64,000 bases of DNA, from positions 4,477,775-4,541,774 of the forward strand of contig MU053482.1 of assembly GCA_013239625.1 (NCBI GenBank), in the 5' to 3' direction. A program made the translations under genes and the position numbers. This document shows, in pieces, positions 25,621-37,753 of this stretch. The stretch is from Lama guanicoe. Lineage: Eukaryota. Each line of letters starts with the position of its first letter. The first letter of the stretch is position 1. The notes under the pieces are model-generated. The model made no database searches and was not told the DNA's origin. It saw only the letters and a list, made by a program, of their open reading frames with translations.

Positions 25621-25949
25621 CCATAGCGGTTTTCTACATCAGATCCTCAGGCAAAAGTTCAAAAAGTTCATCAATGGCAGATTTGGTGAAGCCTGAAAGA
25701 TGAAGGGTCCAGGACCTAAAATAAGAGCAACAGCTCTGGACTCTGGTCAACAGAACCTCTTACAGGTTTGGTGATCTACAGGCAGAGGGCACCACTGTGC
25801 CAGCATGTTGCAATGCTGTGATGAGAAAGATACTCAGAGGCCGGTGCTGAGGACACAGAGCTCTCAGTTCTCCTGCTTCCAGGGGTCCTGCTGATGCAAG
25901 GTGGCTGCTCAGACTTCTTCTTTCAAGCCTCATCACCTCCAAGCTTCTT

Positions 25950-26210
25950 TGCATGGTAGCTAAGGGCTCACGTAAGATTTAAAAGCAGGGACTCTTGGGT
26001 TAGATTGTCCTGGTCCACCCACATCCTGGTTCTACCACATCATAGATGTGTGATCTTGGCATAAGTTACTGTACCTTATCTGTGCCTCAATTTCCTGGTG
26101 TGTAAAATGGTGAAAATAATATCTTTGATCACAACACTCTCTGAGGTTTGTACGATGGAATTCACATAAAGTGCTTTAAAAGTACCAACAAATGTGAGCT
26201 ATTTTAATAT
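25950..26210 (+). mobile_element. MIR SINE
   Basis: tgtgtgatcttggcataagttact...ctgtgcctcaatttcc...gtaaaatgg. Confidence 0.75.
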
Positions 26211-26328
26211 CATCCCAAAGGCTGGCTGACCAGTTAGGAGCAGCTGAGGCAGCGAACATAAAGCTACAACAAAAAGATTTGTTCTTGTATAGGTGCAATG
26301 CATGGTGCATTCAGAGTTGGGGAAAATG

Positions 26329-26466
26329 GGGGTGGGGGAGGGTATAGCTCAGTGGTAGAGCATGTGCTCAGCATGCATGAGGCCCTGGGTTCAATCCCCA
26401 GTATCTCCGTTAAAAAATTAAATAAATAAATAAACAAACAAACAAACCTAATTTCTTCTCACCCAA
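26329..26466 (+). mobile_element. tRNA-derived SINE, camelid Vic-1-type, full length
   Basis: ggggagggtatagctcagtggtagagcatgtgctcagcatgcatgaggccctgggttcaatccccagta; A box and B box present; AT-rich tail; flanking GAAAATG duplication. Confidence 0.9.
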
Positions 26467-26567
26467 GAAAATGTTCAAAAAGAATTATTTTCTTACAATT
26501 CTGAAGGGCAAAAGTCCAGACAGAGTAGGGGAAGATGGCAGTAAATGGCTATTTGACTGAAAACAAC

Positions 26568-26967
26568 TGTATTAGTCCGCTAGGGCTGCTTGACAAAGCA
26601 CCACAGACGGAGCAGCTTAAACAGCAGAGATTTATTGGCTCTTATTTCTGCAGGCTGGAAGCCCAGATTCAAGGTGTCAGCGGAGTTGGTTTCTTCTGAG
26701 GGCTGTGAGGGAAACTCAGTTCCAGGCCTTTCTCCTAGGCATACATGTGTCTGTTTATACCATCTTTCCTCTGTGTATGCCTCTGTGTCTAAATTCCCCC
26801 TTTTTAGAAGGATACCAATCATGCTGGATTAGGGCCCCCCTTAATGACTTCGTTTTAACTTGATTACCTCTGAAAAGACCGTATCTCCAAATAAGGTCAC
26901 TTTCTGACGTCCTGAGAGCTAGGCTTTCAAAACATGAATGTTCAGGTGCTGTAATTTAACCCACAAC
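26568..26967 (-). mobile_element. MLT1B/C MaLR solo LTR
   Basis: tgtattagtccgctagggctgc...caaggtgtcagc...tctccaaataaggtcac...aatttaacccacaaca. Confidence 0.9.
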
Positions 26968-26979
26968 AATGACTAGTGA

Positions 26980-27190
26980 AAATAGTTACCATTTATTGGG
27001 TAACTATCATGTCACATTATAAAGTCTGACTCATTTAAAACCCACAGCAATCTAAGAAATCTATCTTCTAAGAAAACTGTCCACTGAGAAAATTGAGGTT
27101 CAGGTTTTGCCCAAGATTATACAGCTAGTCACCAGGGGAGCCAGGATTTGGATCAGGACTGTCTGATTCCAAGCCCATGCTCTCTAAATT
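26980..27190 (-). mobile_element. MIR SINE
   Basis: gagaaaattgaggttcag...gcccaagattatacagctagt...gagccaggatttg. Confidence 0.7.
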
Positions 27191-28049
27191 CCATATAACA
27201 ATGTTCTTTTTAGTTCATTCCTAACTAAGGGTCCTGACTTGGGATTGTTCCTGTGAAGGTGGAAGGGCTTATCTAATCTGTGTGCCCACTTCTGGAGCTC
27301 CTTTGCATGGAGGGGGGCTTAGTTCTGTTCGCATACTGATCCATGGAGACTCCACAAAGTCATAGATGAGCAGAGCAGGAAGAAACTTGTGATGTCACTC
27401 AGTCCCTCCCCTGCTTTACAGATGAAGAATGAATTACTTTCACAAGGTCACACAGGAAGAGGGGAACAGTGCTGTACCTGCTCTCTACCCAACACTACTT
27501 AGCTGTAAGAAATTCTGAATCTTACTGGTTGATCTAATTTACTTTGCAAATTTTTTAACAGACTTAAGCTATTTATGCAAACTCATGAGATTAATCATTT
27601 TTAATACACAGTCTGACATCATACAAAAGAGCTGAGGGTAGGTCTATCAAGCAAACATCCTCCAGCCTTAATTATCAAATGACTAGAATGATGGCCAGCA
27701 CCACGGTATTTATCACAAGAAATATTAAAGTTCTTAGATAACTTATTTTCTAGGCCAACACTTTGAACAATAAGAAATAGAGGAGAAGGTAATCTTGTCA
27801 CAGGAATTGTTACATAAAAAAGAGAAAGAGAGAGAGAAACACATCAAATTTCCACATCCATCCTCCAGACTGTAAGTGTGCTGTTTCTGCAAAATAGCAT
27901 CCATCTTCTCTCAATCACCAGATCTGGGGCACAATCACCTGGCCAGCATCTGGGGCAAATGTCCTCTGCCCTGCTGGCTTTCTCTGCCCCAGCATACAGT
28001 CTGAGTTTCTTAAGAACATCATTCAGGCAAAATGTCAACAGAGTGAGAC

Positions 28050-28310
28050 AGCAACATGACAGCAAGTCTGGTAGTAACAGGTGTGATTCCATGAAAAGAG
28101 TCAAAGATCTAATAGTTCCAGACCCAACTCTGCCTCTTAGAAACAGTACAACCTGGGACAGATTCCTTTAGCCTTCTGAAACTCAATTTCCCCATCTTTA
28201 AACTGGGAGAAATAGTTGTTCACATCTCAGGTTGTAAAGATTAAACAAGATGAGACCATTGAGAAAATGCACAGCACAGAGGCTGGCACAAGGTAGGGGC
28301 TTAAATATTT
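28050..28310 (+). mobile_element. MIR SINE
   Basis: ctgaaactcaatttccccatctttaaaactgg...gttgtaaagattaaac. Confidence 0.65.
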
Positions 28311-28719
28311 TTTTAAATTGAAAGTGCATGGCAAATAATTCTATTTCCTCTAAAACTGATCTGAGAAATCTGTTGCTTCCCATATTCATGTACAAATAGA
28401 GAAGGAATTGAAACTATCATGGGCTGTAATATGGCCAATCTCTGTTCCAATGCTGCCACCTGCTGCTGGACAGCCAACATCCTACACTGTTTCAAGGGGA
28501 TGCTCTGAAATACATGGGGGACTCTATGGGGTGCATCTAGACAAATCCCTCCCCAGCACACTTCCCTTAATCTCCATCCTTCAGATCTCAACCAAGGGAA
28601 CACCTGACTTATCTGATCCTGAGGTCACAGACAGACAAATTTTCTCGGCAGAGGGACTTTACAGACAGAAGATGACATTTTCCTAATAGGTCACATTTTC
28701 CAACATTGGGAACATGAGC

Positions 28720-29090
28720 ACAGCCCTGGACTGAGCCACACCGGAAGTCAAAAAGTAGCATGTAGTTTTGTTAAAACTACATACTGTTGACCCACACGGT
28801 GTTTCATAAAATTCAAATCACCCACCAATGCTTGAATATCCGATTTCACCTTAAAATGTGGACTTTCAGATTGGTTAAAAACAAAAACAAAAAACTAAGG
28901 ATATGGCAACATACGACCCACAATTAGCTGGAGCAGAGTAGCAAATGCCCCTTTAGCCTGGGCAGGGCTCCCCCAGTCTGACATTCCCAGTCCCCACTGG
29001 ATCTCCTGCTTGGCCTGCCTCACTTAGTAAGGTTACCTTGTTGACCCCTGACTCCAGCTCTACACGAACCGTTGTCTTCCTAATCTCAAC
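28720..29090 (+). mobile_element. MER102-like hAT-Charlie DNA transposon fragment
   Basis: ggagcagagtagcaaatgcccctttag...ccagtccccac pattern. Confidence 0.55.
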
Positions 29091-29146
29091 TGCAAAGCCT
29101 TGTAAGAGAGTAGGGTGGCTAAATAGAGTAGGATTATTTACACTTT

Positions 29147-29208
29147 CAAGTAATAATAATAATTGGTAAATAATTACCAAGTAATAATAATAATTAGCAA
29201 ATAATTAC
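29147..29208. repeat. 31-bp tandem duplication
   Basis: caagtaataataataattggtaaataattac followed by caagtaataataataattagcaaataattac (2 mismatches). Confidence 0.9.
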
Positions 29209-29992
29209 CAAGCAGTTAATCTATGTCAGGCACAAAGGAGAGCACTTTGACCCTAACTTTTGACCTCAAAGATATTTTCACCCCATTGTGCATTCAGATC
29301 TTACATCCTTGCTCTATATATTTGCTTTGTTTTCTGGGCCACAAAAATAAACTCATTAGCACATCCAATTCATAATAAATAGTACTTTCAGAAATAATTT
29401 ATATAGAACAAAAATTGCAATGGCAAAAGCTTCAAATAATAAAATCTATTATTGATTTTTAAATGACTTAAAGAATCATCTTTTAGGTATTATTGAAAAC
29501 AGCAAAATTTGAGCTCAAAATTTTATATTAAAAAATAGTCTTCTTCCCAAAATTTTGATCTGATCATTTAATCCAGGAGAATTGTACTTGCTTAAAGTAA
29601 TGGCCAAAACAAAACTCACAGTAGCAAAAGTTACTAGTTAAGCTAGGTAGGAAAAAAAAAAAGCTAAATTAGTTGAGTCTTTGTCAAAAAATGTATATGA
29701 AAAAAATTGACCTTAATTTTTTTAATTTTGGTAACAAAAATATTAACTGGAAAAAGAAATAAATATGTTGCATAGAAAATTATTGAAGAAATTATATCAG
29801 ATTTATTAACTGTCAGTCTCATCTAATACCACAGAAAACTCATGTCAATAACCTAGCACGTATCTGTCCATATATTTTTCCATATTCATATTCACACTAG
29901 GGGAAGTTTTTCATTGTTTCTCTTTTAAAAATTGAATCATATTATCTACATTTCCTGGCATCTTGTTTTTCTCACTTAAGAATATCTTATAG

Positions 29993-30871
29993 TCTCACAG
30001 TCTGTCTCTTGCTTCAACAGTTTTTGGCCAGAAGAGATCCAGGGACGCCCCTTCCTCCAGCCTCTGACCACTTGCCAAACTTTTTTCCAGTCGCAACGTT
30101 CGGAATCAGCCACTTAGCTAACCTCAGCCTCTGGGGCCAGCCAACACCATTTTTTTGAGCTTACCTCCTTATTACCAATCAACCATGAGCTTCCCAGATT
30201 CGTCAGAATTATTCCACCAAGGTGGAGGCGGCTGTCAACCGCCTGGTCAACATGTGTTCACAGGCCTCCTACACCTACCTCTCCGTGGGCTTCTATTTCC
30301 ACTGCGGTGATGCGGCTCTGGACAGCCTGGGTCAGTTTTCCCGTGAATTGGCCGAAGAGACGCGCGAGGGCACCCAGCCTCTCTCCAAAATGCAAAACCA
30401 GCGTAGTGGCCACGCCCGCTTCCAGGACATGCCGAATCCATCTCAATCTGAGGGAGGTAAAACCCAGGACCCTGTGGAAGCCGCCATTCAAATGAAGGAA
30501 AACCTGAATCAGGCCCTTTTGGATCTGCATGCCCTGAGTTCTGCCCGCCTGGACCTCTACCTCTGTGACATCCTGGACAGCCACTTCCTGGGTGAGGATG
30601 TAAAACTCATCAAGAAGATGGGCAAACATCTGACCAACCTCTGCAGGCTGGCTAGTCCCGAGGCTGGGCGGGGAAATTATCTCTCCCAAAGGCTCACCCT
30701 CAAGCACGACTAGAAACCTCTGGAAAACAGCTGCCTTTGAGAAGCCCCACTGCACTGGTGAAGCTTCTCTCTGTAGCCACTAGGCAGCTTTTTTAACCAC
30801 CCTGGAGCCCTTTCCCCTGGACCAAATGGGAACAGTAATGCTTTTTTGCAGCCAAAAAAAAAAAAAAAAAA
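29993..30871 (+). pseudogene. FTL: Processed ferritin light chain pseudogene
   Basis: Intronless. 5'UTR has an IRE remnant. ATG 30185 to TAG 30713 is 529 nt, i.e. 528+1, from a one-base insertion in codon 3. The rest reads EAAVNRLVN...ASYTYLS.GFYF...[10 protein letters not shown]...KLIKKMG.HLTNL...RLTLKHD. 3'UTR, 18-A tail (30854-30871), degenerate TSD. Confidence 0.97.
30001..30040 (+). promoter_or_regulatory. Degenerate iron-responsive element (IRE) of the FTL retrocopy
   Basis: tctgtctcttgcttcaaCAGTTTttggccagaagag; the loop is CAGTTT rather than CAGTGN. Confidence 0.85.
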
Positions 30872-30888
30872 CCTTACAGAAATCCTTT

Positions 30889-30975
30889 TTTTTTTCTGGG
30901 GGCGGGGGGCAATTAAGTTTATTTTATTGGCAGTACTGAGGATGCAGTCTACCACTGAGCTATACCCTCTCCCCT
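30889..30975 (-). mobile_element. Vic-1-type SINE with internal deletion
   Basis: Reverse strand reads ggggagagggtatagctcagtggtagactgcatcctcagtac...; perfect 12-bp TSD CAGAAATCCTTT at 30877-30888 and 30976-30987. Confidence 0.9.
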
Positions 30976-33900
30976 CAGAAATCCTTTCAAATCAGAATGG
31001 ATTCATCTGTATAAGAGAAAATCATAAGAGGAATTGCTTGGTTGAAGAAAAGATATACTTTTATTTTTAAAAGAAGTTACCAGATCACTTTCCAAAAAGT
31101 ACTGAAATAATTTACATTTCCTTTGGCAAAGGATGCTAGCACCGTTTTCTCTGCATCCCATCAGTAGTTGGCACTACTGCTTCTTTCTAATAGTCAGAGG
31201 TAATGAATAAAGTCATTAGTACTTTAATATGCTTTTCTCTAACTTCTAATTAATTTGAGCACATTTTCATATGTTTACTGGCAACTGAATTTGCTCTTCC
31301 ACAAAATACTTATTTGTATGACTTGGCCATTTTTTATTGGGTAGTTTATCTTTTGCTTGCCATTTGTGAGAGTTCTTGGTACATTTTCATTACAAATCTT
31401 CTGTCACCTGCATTGCAATCATTTTTTTCCCAATTCACCATTATTGACTTTGCCCATGATATCTTTGCCTTACAAGAGTATGAATTTTTATATAATTAAA
31501 TACGATTAAGCTTCTGGTTAAAGGGTCTTTCCTCATCACTCTCACTTCTTAGAAAATCTAAACATGTAGCCTCCCAGATTACCTTGCAAGATATTATAGT
31601 TTAATTTTCTTACATTTAGTTTTTACATCTTTCTTTATTTTTGAATATACATAAAATAAATGTTCAAGTTTTTCTTCCAAATGGATAGCCAGCTTTGCCA
31701 GCATCATTCATTACAGAATGCATCCTCTTCCCATGGCACTAAACTATCAACTTTCTAGCATAGAAGATGCTTATATATTCCAAGATCTAGTTCCAGATTA
31801 TTTATTCCAGTCTACCAATCTAGTTACCTATTCCTATGTCAATACAATATTTAATTTATAGCATGTTCTGACATCTTGTAAATCCTTTCCCACTAGTCTT
31901 TTTATCATATTTTTCTGGGCCATCTTTGGTCATTTATTCTTCTTTATAAACTTTAATATCATTGTATTGAATCCTCCCCACTCCAAAGCCACTGGGATCC
32001 TAATAGAGAACTACATTAAATTTATATATTAATTTTGGAAGAATTGATCATTTTAATATCAAGTCTTCCCATCCAAAAACACGGTATTTCTATTTGTTTA
32101 TATCTTGTTTTATGTCCCTTTATAAGACACACAACTTCTTATGAATTATTTTCTTCATGTAAGTCTTTGTACTTTTCTTGTCAAATTTCTTTGTATTTTA
32201 TAAATTTACTGTTATTAATTGAATACGTTTTAACATTTCCATTTGTATCTATCTGTTTTTATAACTGATAAAAATTGCGAAGTTTCATATATTTATCTTG
32301 CAGCTAGACCCTTAATTCTAAGGAGGTTTTCTTCTATGGCTTCCTGGATTTTCCATGTATTTAATGATAGGGTCAAAAAAAGAGATGATTTTTCTCCTCT
32401 TTCCTGGTATATTTACTGATTATTTTATTTATTTATTATATTTGCAAGAACCTTCAAGACAATGTTAAATAATAATGGGGAGAGTAGGCATTCCTGTCTA
32501 GTTCTTGGTTTTGGATTGAAATAGTTTTACTATTTTACCATTTAGGATAATATTTGCTACTCATTTCTGGTAAATAGTCTTTATTTTACTGAGTTTTTTT
32601 TTTTAGGAATAGTTGCTAAATTTAATTGAATATCTTTTCAATTGACGTGTTGATTTTTTCCTCTAGTCTGTTGATGAAAGGCTAGATTTCCAGCATTGAA
32701 CTGTATTTGCATTCGTGGAATAAACTGTACTTGCTTTACTACTAGTAGATACCCTAATAGAATCCATTTGCTAATATTTTAGAAATTTTGCATCTGCATT
32801 CATATGTGATCATTGTCTGTGACCTAGACTAGTTTATAAAATGTCTGAATTATGTGTTCTTTAAAAATGAGAAAAAACTCAGTTGTGCATCTGTCTGGTC
32901 CTGTGATCTCCTTCAATCATAGCTTTTTAATCACCTTTCCAACACCTTATGTGGTAATTGGTACATTCATATTTATCACTTCAGTTTCTTTCTTTTAGGG
33001 ATTTACATGTACAATTATTTTAATCTTTATCATTTCCAGTTTTACATACTTTGTGCTCTCCCTCTTTTTTCTTTAATTATAGAACCAGAATTCGAACTCA
33101 AGTCTTTCTGCTTCCAGCCCAAGTCCTCAAGCCACTGCTCCATACTATGCCCCAAGAGGTTAATTTACTGTAAATGTAAATTATTTTGACTTATTTGATT
33201 AAAACAATCAGTCCACTGGAAAAGCTCGATTTCTATAAAGTTTAAATTATTATAATTTTTAATTAACATAGCTATCTTGGCATAAGTAGAATCATCAATA
33301 ACATAGTCACACTTGGCAAGATCCCAGGGACTTTAAATTGCCTTCATTTAACAAGCAGACTCATTGTTTCCATCATCCTAAAACTGGTTTTTGACCAGCA
33401 CCAATAATTTCCATGGAGGAAAGCAAAACCCTCCTTATCTGAGGATATGATTACTATTTAATTCTTGAAAATGGTATTCAAACTAACACAAAATTTTGTT
33501 CAGTTTAATAAAATACTACCTAATTAGAAAGAAGCTTTACTGTTATCTCTAGGGATATATTAATATCATTAAAAAGAATGTATGGCTGAGAACGTTGCAT
33601 GTACATTTATAATTTTGTTCCCTTCTGAATATGAAAGACTATTTAATTAAGATTAGTATTATCTTTAAAGCTTTTTCTCAAAGGAAATATTCTTCATTCT
33701 AAGCTACATATCTTCTTCGGGGAGAAAAAAAGGATTTTAAAAGAAATCCTGAAATTCTGTGAGCACATATGCTCTGATTATACCCAAAAGAGGACTTCCT
33801 TCCTCCTTTCCTCATTATATTTCTATAGACTAACATAAATCAGGGTTGCTTGCATATGCTTGCTTGCTTTCTCTCTCAGTGTCAATTTTTTTTCATGAGC

Positions 33901-34209
33901 AAACTGGAAAGATAAACCAATTCACCATTTAAGTTGGGCAAAAACAAAAGAAAAGAGTGTGAGGCCTGGCAGGAAGGTGCAGAAAAGTCCACTGTCTGGA
34001 CTTGAACATGGGCACATATCATTGCTCATACATCCATTTTGCTTTGTCCTCAATATAAACTTCCTCTCTGCCTTCATGGTCAATATACCTCAATTTGTCC
34101 CATGTTCTTCTGTTTCCCTTCCACCTCAGAATTCCACTTCCTGACTTCTCTTGTCTGGTGTATAATCTGGTCTCTGCAGAAACTGTTCTTTCGAAGGCCA
34201 CCTTCCCTG

Positions 34210-34632
34210 TCACAAGTGGAACTATGTTCCCACCAAATTCATATATTGCAGTTCTAATACCCAGTACCTCAGTGCACGGCCTTATTTGGAAATAGCGTTG
34301 TTGCAGATATAACAAGTTAAAATGAGATCATACTGGAGGAGGGTGGGCCCCCTAACCCAATATGACTGGTGTCACAGGTAGAACACCATGAGGACAAAAG
34401 CAGAAATTGGGGTGTTGTGTTTACAAGCCAAGGAATGACAAGATCTCCAGGAAACCGCCAAAGGCTAGAGGAGAGGCATGGAATCAACCCTTTCTTACTC
34501 TCTCAGAAGGAACCAGCCCTCCCAACACCTTGATCTTGGACTTCTAGTCTCTGGAACTGTGAGATAGTACATTTCTGCTGTTTAAGCCACCTAGTTTGTG
34601 GTACTGTTATAAAGGCCCTAGCAAACTAATAT
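34210..34632 (+). mobile_element. MLT1B/C MaLR solo LTR
   Basis: ccccagtacctcag...ccttatttggaaatag...acaagccaaggaatg...ccttgatcttggacttctag...ccctagcaaactaata. Confidence 0.9.
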
Positions 34633-34889
34633 CTTCCTCTTCCAAATTTAATGGTGTTTTCTCTACACTTATCTAACTTAACTTCTCATTTTAACTGATA
34701 ACCATGGCCACCAAGTCCTTGTGGAATGCTCTCCTTATGCTGCAAAATTACAGTCTATTGATCCTCTTCTGTTGTTTCTTCCTGTCTTCCTCTCTGACTT
34801 CTCTTCCCCCATGCCCAAAGAAGGTCAGTGCCCCCAAGTTTTTGTCCACAATCACTTCCATTATTAGTGGTGATACATTTTTTTGAAAT

Positions 34890-35110
34890 AACTAGCTTTT
34901 ACTGAGCATATGCCAGGCAACATTCTAAACATTTTACATATATCATTTTATTGACTCCTCGCATCTCCTCCAAGAAACAGACTATTTTCTACCTCATTTT
35001 ACAGGTAGGAGACTGAGGCTTAGAGAGATTAGGTATCTTGCCCAAGGTCACACAGAAAGTATGTGGCAGAGTTAGGGCTCCAAATCGGGTCTGTCTGACC
35101 TCAGAGCCCA
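34890..35110 (-). mobile_element. MIR SINE
   Basis: ctcattttacaggtaggagactgaggcttagagag...ttgcccaaggtcacacag. Confidence 0.85.
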
Positions 35111-35219
35111 GAGCCACATTCACACCTCCGCTCATTCTTCCTCTGTAGACAATAGACCTTCCTCCTTCCTCTGAAACCTTATAGAATTCTACTGCTTTGT
35201 TTCCTCAACACAGACGGTC

Positions 35220-36070
35220 ATCTATATCTCCAGACACATTTCCTTCCACACTCTAAGCCTGAATTTCCACCTCAAACTCCTCTTGTCCAAACCTGAACCC
35301 CTCCTATTTACTTCCAAATATGCTTTGCTGTCTATTGGTCCCACAAATTCCTCAGCCACCCATGGCTTAGAAACTTCATAGTGTTTCTCATTCATGCCTG
35401 TCCTTTGCCTCCTTTTATAATCGGTTGCAAAGTTGTGTTAATTCTACTCTAAAACACCTATCTAGGTTGCCCACTCCCTTCTGTTCCACCTGCCTGAACA
35501 AACCTAATAATTGCCCGATGTCCTCCACATTCTGTCCTTTCCTTCCTCCTGTCCTACATTCTGCTCCTGGCTCCTCCTTAAACATTCATCCCATCAGACT
35601 GCACTGCTGCTGCGATGCTCATTGCCTAAAGAGGAAGGACCCCTACGGTCTATCTTTCCTATCTCCTTTGGGTGCCAAACCAAACTTTTGGCAATTCTAT
35701 ACACACCCAGGCTTTTCTGCCACAGTTCCACCTGGCATGCCCTCTGCATCTCTAATCCTTTAAGTATAGTGCAAGTATGTCTTAATCTAAAAATTTACTC
35801 CAGATTTTTTCACTGGCTGTTGCATATTTCTCCCTCCTCTGAATTTGCTTTACAGTTTATTTATATTTATCTTGAATCATTGTCACTTTCCACCTTCTAT
35901 TTCAGTTATTGATCTATATATCTTATATCCCCTACCAGACTATGAATTCCTGGAGGGCAGGGACCGTGAGTCATCTCAGAATTTCCCACAGCACTTAACA
36001 TGGTATCTAGCACATGGTAGGTGTTCGGTAGGTCTTCACTGGTTTAATGTTGAAAGTCTCTAAGTAAATA
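35220..36070 (+). mobile_element. L2 LINE 3' portion
   Basis: Ends ccctaccagactatgaattcctggagggcagggacc...agcacatggtaggtgttc. Confidence 0.75.
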
Positions 36071-36763
36071 AATGTATTAGCCAAACTGACTATTAGACTA
36101 TTTGAAATTCACAGAGCTCAGAGCAGCTAAACCTTGAAAGGAGATTAAAATCACCAGACCTGCCTCACCTGGAGCCCATTCCGGTCCAAAGGTTGTCATT
36201 ATACACAACAATCCTGCTTTGTGTTCCTGTAGAGCAGTTTCACTGGCCCCAAAACCCTTTTCTCACCATTCCCACCACACCCTGGAAGTTCACAACATGT
36301 CACTATCCTTCTTCAAGTCTCAGAGTCTACAAGATACTAAGTAGATGCCGAAAGCCCTTTGCAATGATAACAAGATAACCGGGGCCAAAGTGCTTTGAAC
36401 TCAGCAGGACCCATTTACCCTGCTGTTATAAGTATTCCCCTGCCAGGAGGCCACCTCCAGGAGGCTCTGGCAAGTTCCTGAAGTCTGATTGTTTAGCAAG
36501 CCCATGGGAGACATTGGAGAAAAACTTTAAAGTCTTGATTTCCGATCCCAAGACAAGGGAATGCTGGGCAATCCCAGCTGACCATTCACCTGGGTGTGCA
36601 GCCAGGGAAAGTCCCAGGGCCTGATGAGAGGCAAGTGCTTATCTTGTCTCTGCAGATTTGAGACTCCCGGGGTGGGAGTTACGTGCATGGCAAGGTTTCT
36701 AGACAGGACAGGAAAAGAGGGTGAAAGAATCAGAGCTGGCAGTTTGAATTAACCAGATCTGGC

Positions 36764-37274
36764 TGAAACAGCAGGACCCTGTGGGGTCCACCGTGGTACA
36801 AATCGTTTCCGTGTTCCCCATTTCTTATTTGTAGGACATAGACTTCCTTCAGCCTCCTTGACCTTCCCTGAGTTCCAAAGGGCAGGTTCAAACAGTTGCT
36901 TGCCAGGGAAGGGAGGGAATGCAGAAGCAAAGGAGGAACAGCCAAGGCACAACAGTGTAGCTTGGGGGCAGGGTCCTGGTTCCTCCTCAAGGAATGTATA
37001 TAATGGTGTCTTTACGTTCTTCTGTAGGAAATAAGGCCCCCACCCAGGTGAAGGATGGCAACTTCAGGCTGAGATTCCTGGAGCAACACCCTGTTACCTC
37101 CCCACCAGTGAGTCAGAAGAAAGTCACACACCCTGCAGCCCTCACCCAAATTTTGCCTATAAAAACTCCCCCCAGACCATCAGGAGTTCAGGTTTCTGAG
37201 CATGAGCCACCCATTCTCCTTGCTTGGCCCTGCAGTAAATCTTTCTCTGCTTACAACAAAAGAAGAAAAAAAAA
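36764..37274 (+). mobile_element. ERV1-type LTR (U3-R) ending in an A-rich tract
   Basis: Starts tgaaacagcaggaccctgtgg; TATAAAA 37158-37164; AGTAAA 37234-37239; an A-rich run follows where U5 would be expected. Confidence 0.75.
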
Positions 37275-37753
37275 GAGTGAGAGGAAGAGTTATTTTCCCT
37301 GCATATCTTTTATATCATTTGAATTTTTACCATGTGCATGCATGACTTCTGTTAAGTGAGATCCAAGGAGGCACTCTTGGCCATACAAGTGCAGACCCCC
37401 GTGGCATCGCCATCTCCCCTGCACAGAGGAGGGCCATCCCATGCAGGAGGGGTTCTCTGGGCAGCCAGAGAAGTGAGCAGGGGGTGGTTCTCTTGTGACT
37501 TCCACATCCTCCCTCCACTCTCCCCACCTCAGCTCCTCCCCCAAACAGTCTTAGACCATAAGTACTGCATGTGACCTTCCTAAACTGACTCTGACACAGA
37601 GCTCAGGAGCGGCAGACTGTTCTGCACTGGAACTTTCCTTTGTCCTTTGGAATAAAAAGGAAGGCCACTTCCTAAAGACCAACTTTTCTTCAAAGGAAAC
37701 GAAAAAAAGTAATCCCCAAGAGAAGGCCTGACTTTTTTTCAGATAAATGGTAC

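Larger units (their letters stand above)
29800..33050 (-). mobile_element. Old L1M(E) LINE-1, antisense, interrupted by the FTL retrocopy and a SINE
   Basis: T-rich antisense ORF2 motifs, e.g. gagcacattttcatatgtttactggc, atggatagccagctttgccagcatca, gggagagtaggcattcctgtctagttc. Confidence 0.75.

Noticed and set aside
26338..26408. Apparent tRNA gene (Ala-like, with A and B boxes)
   Set aside because: It is followed by an AT-rich SINE tail and flanked by a duplication, and related degenerate copies occur elsewhere in the window. It is a SINE.
30222..30713. 163-aa ORF as a functional ferritin gene
   Set aside because: It starts at a GTG, the true ATG is out of frame, and the copy is intronless with a polyA tail and many substitutions at conserved residues.
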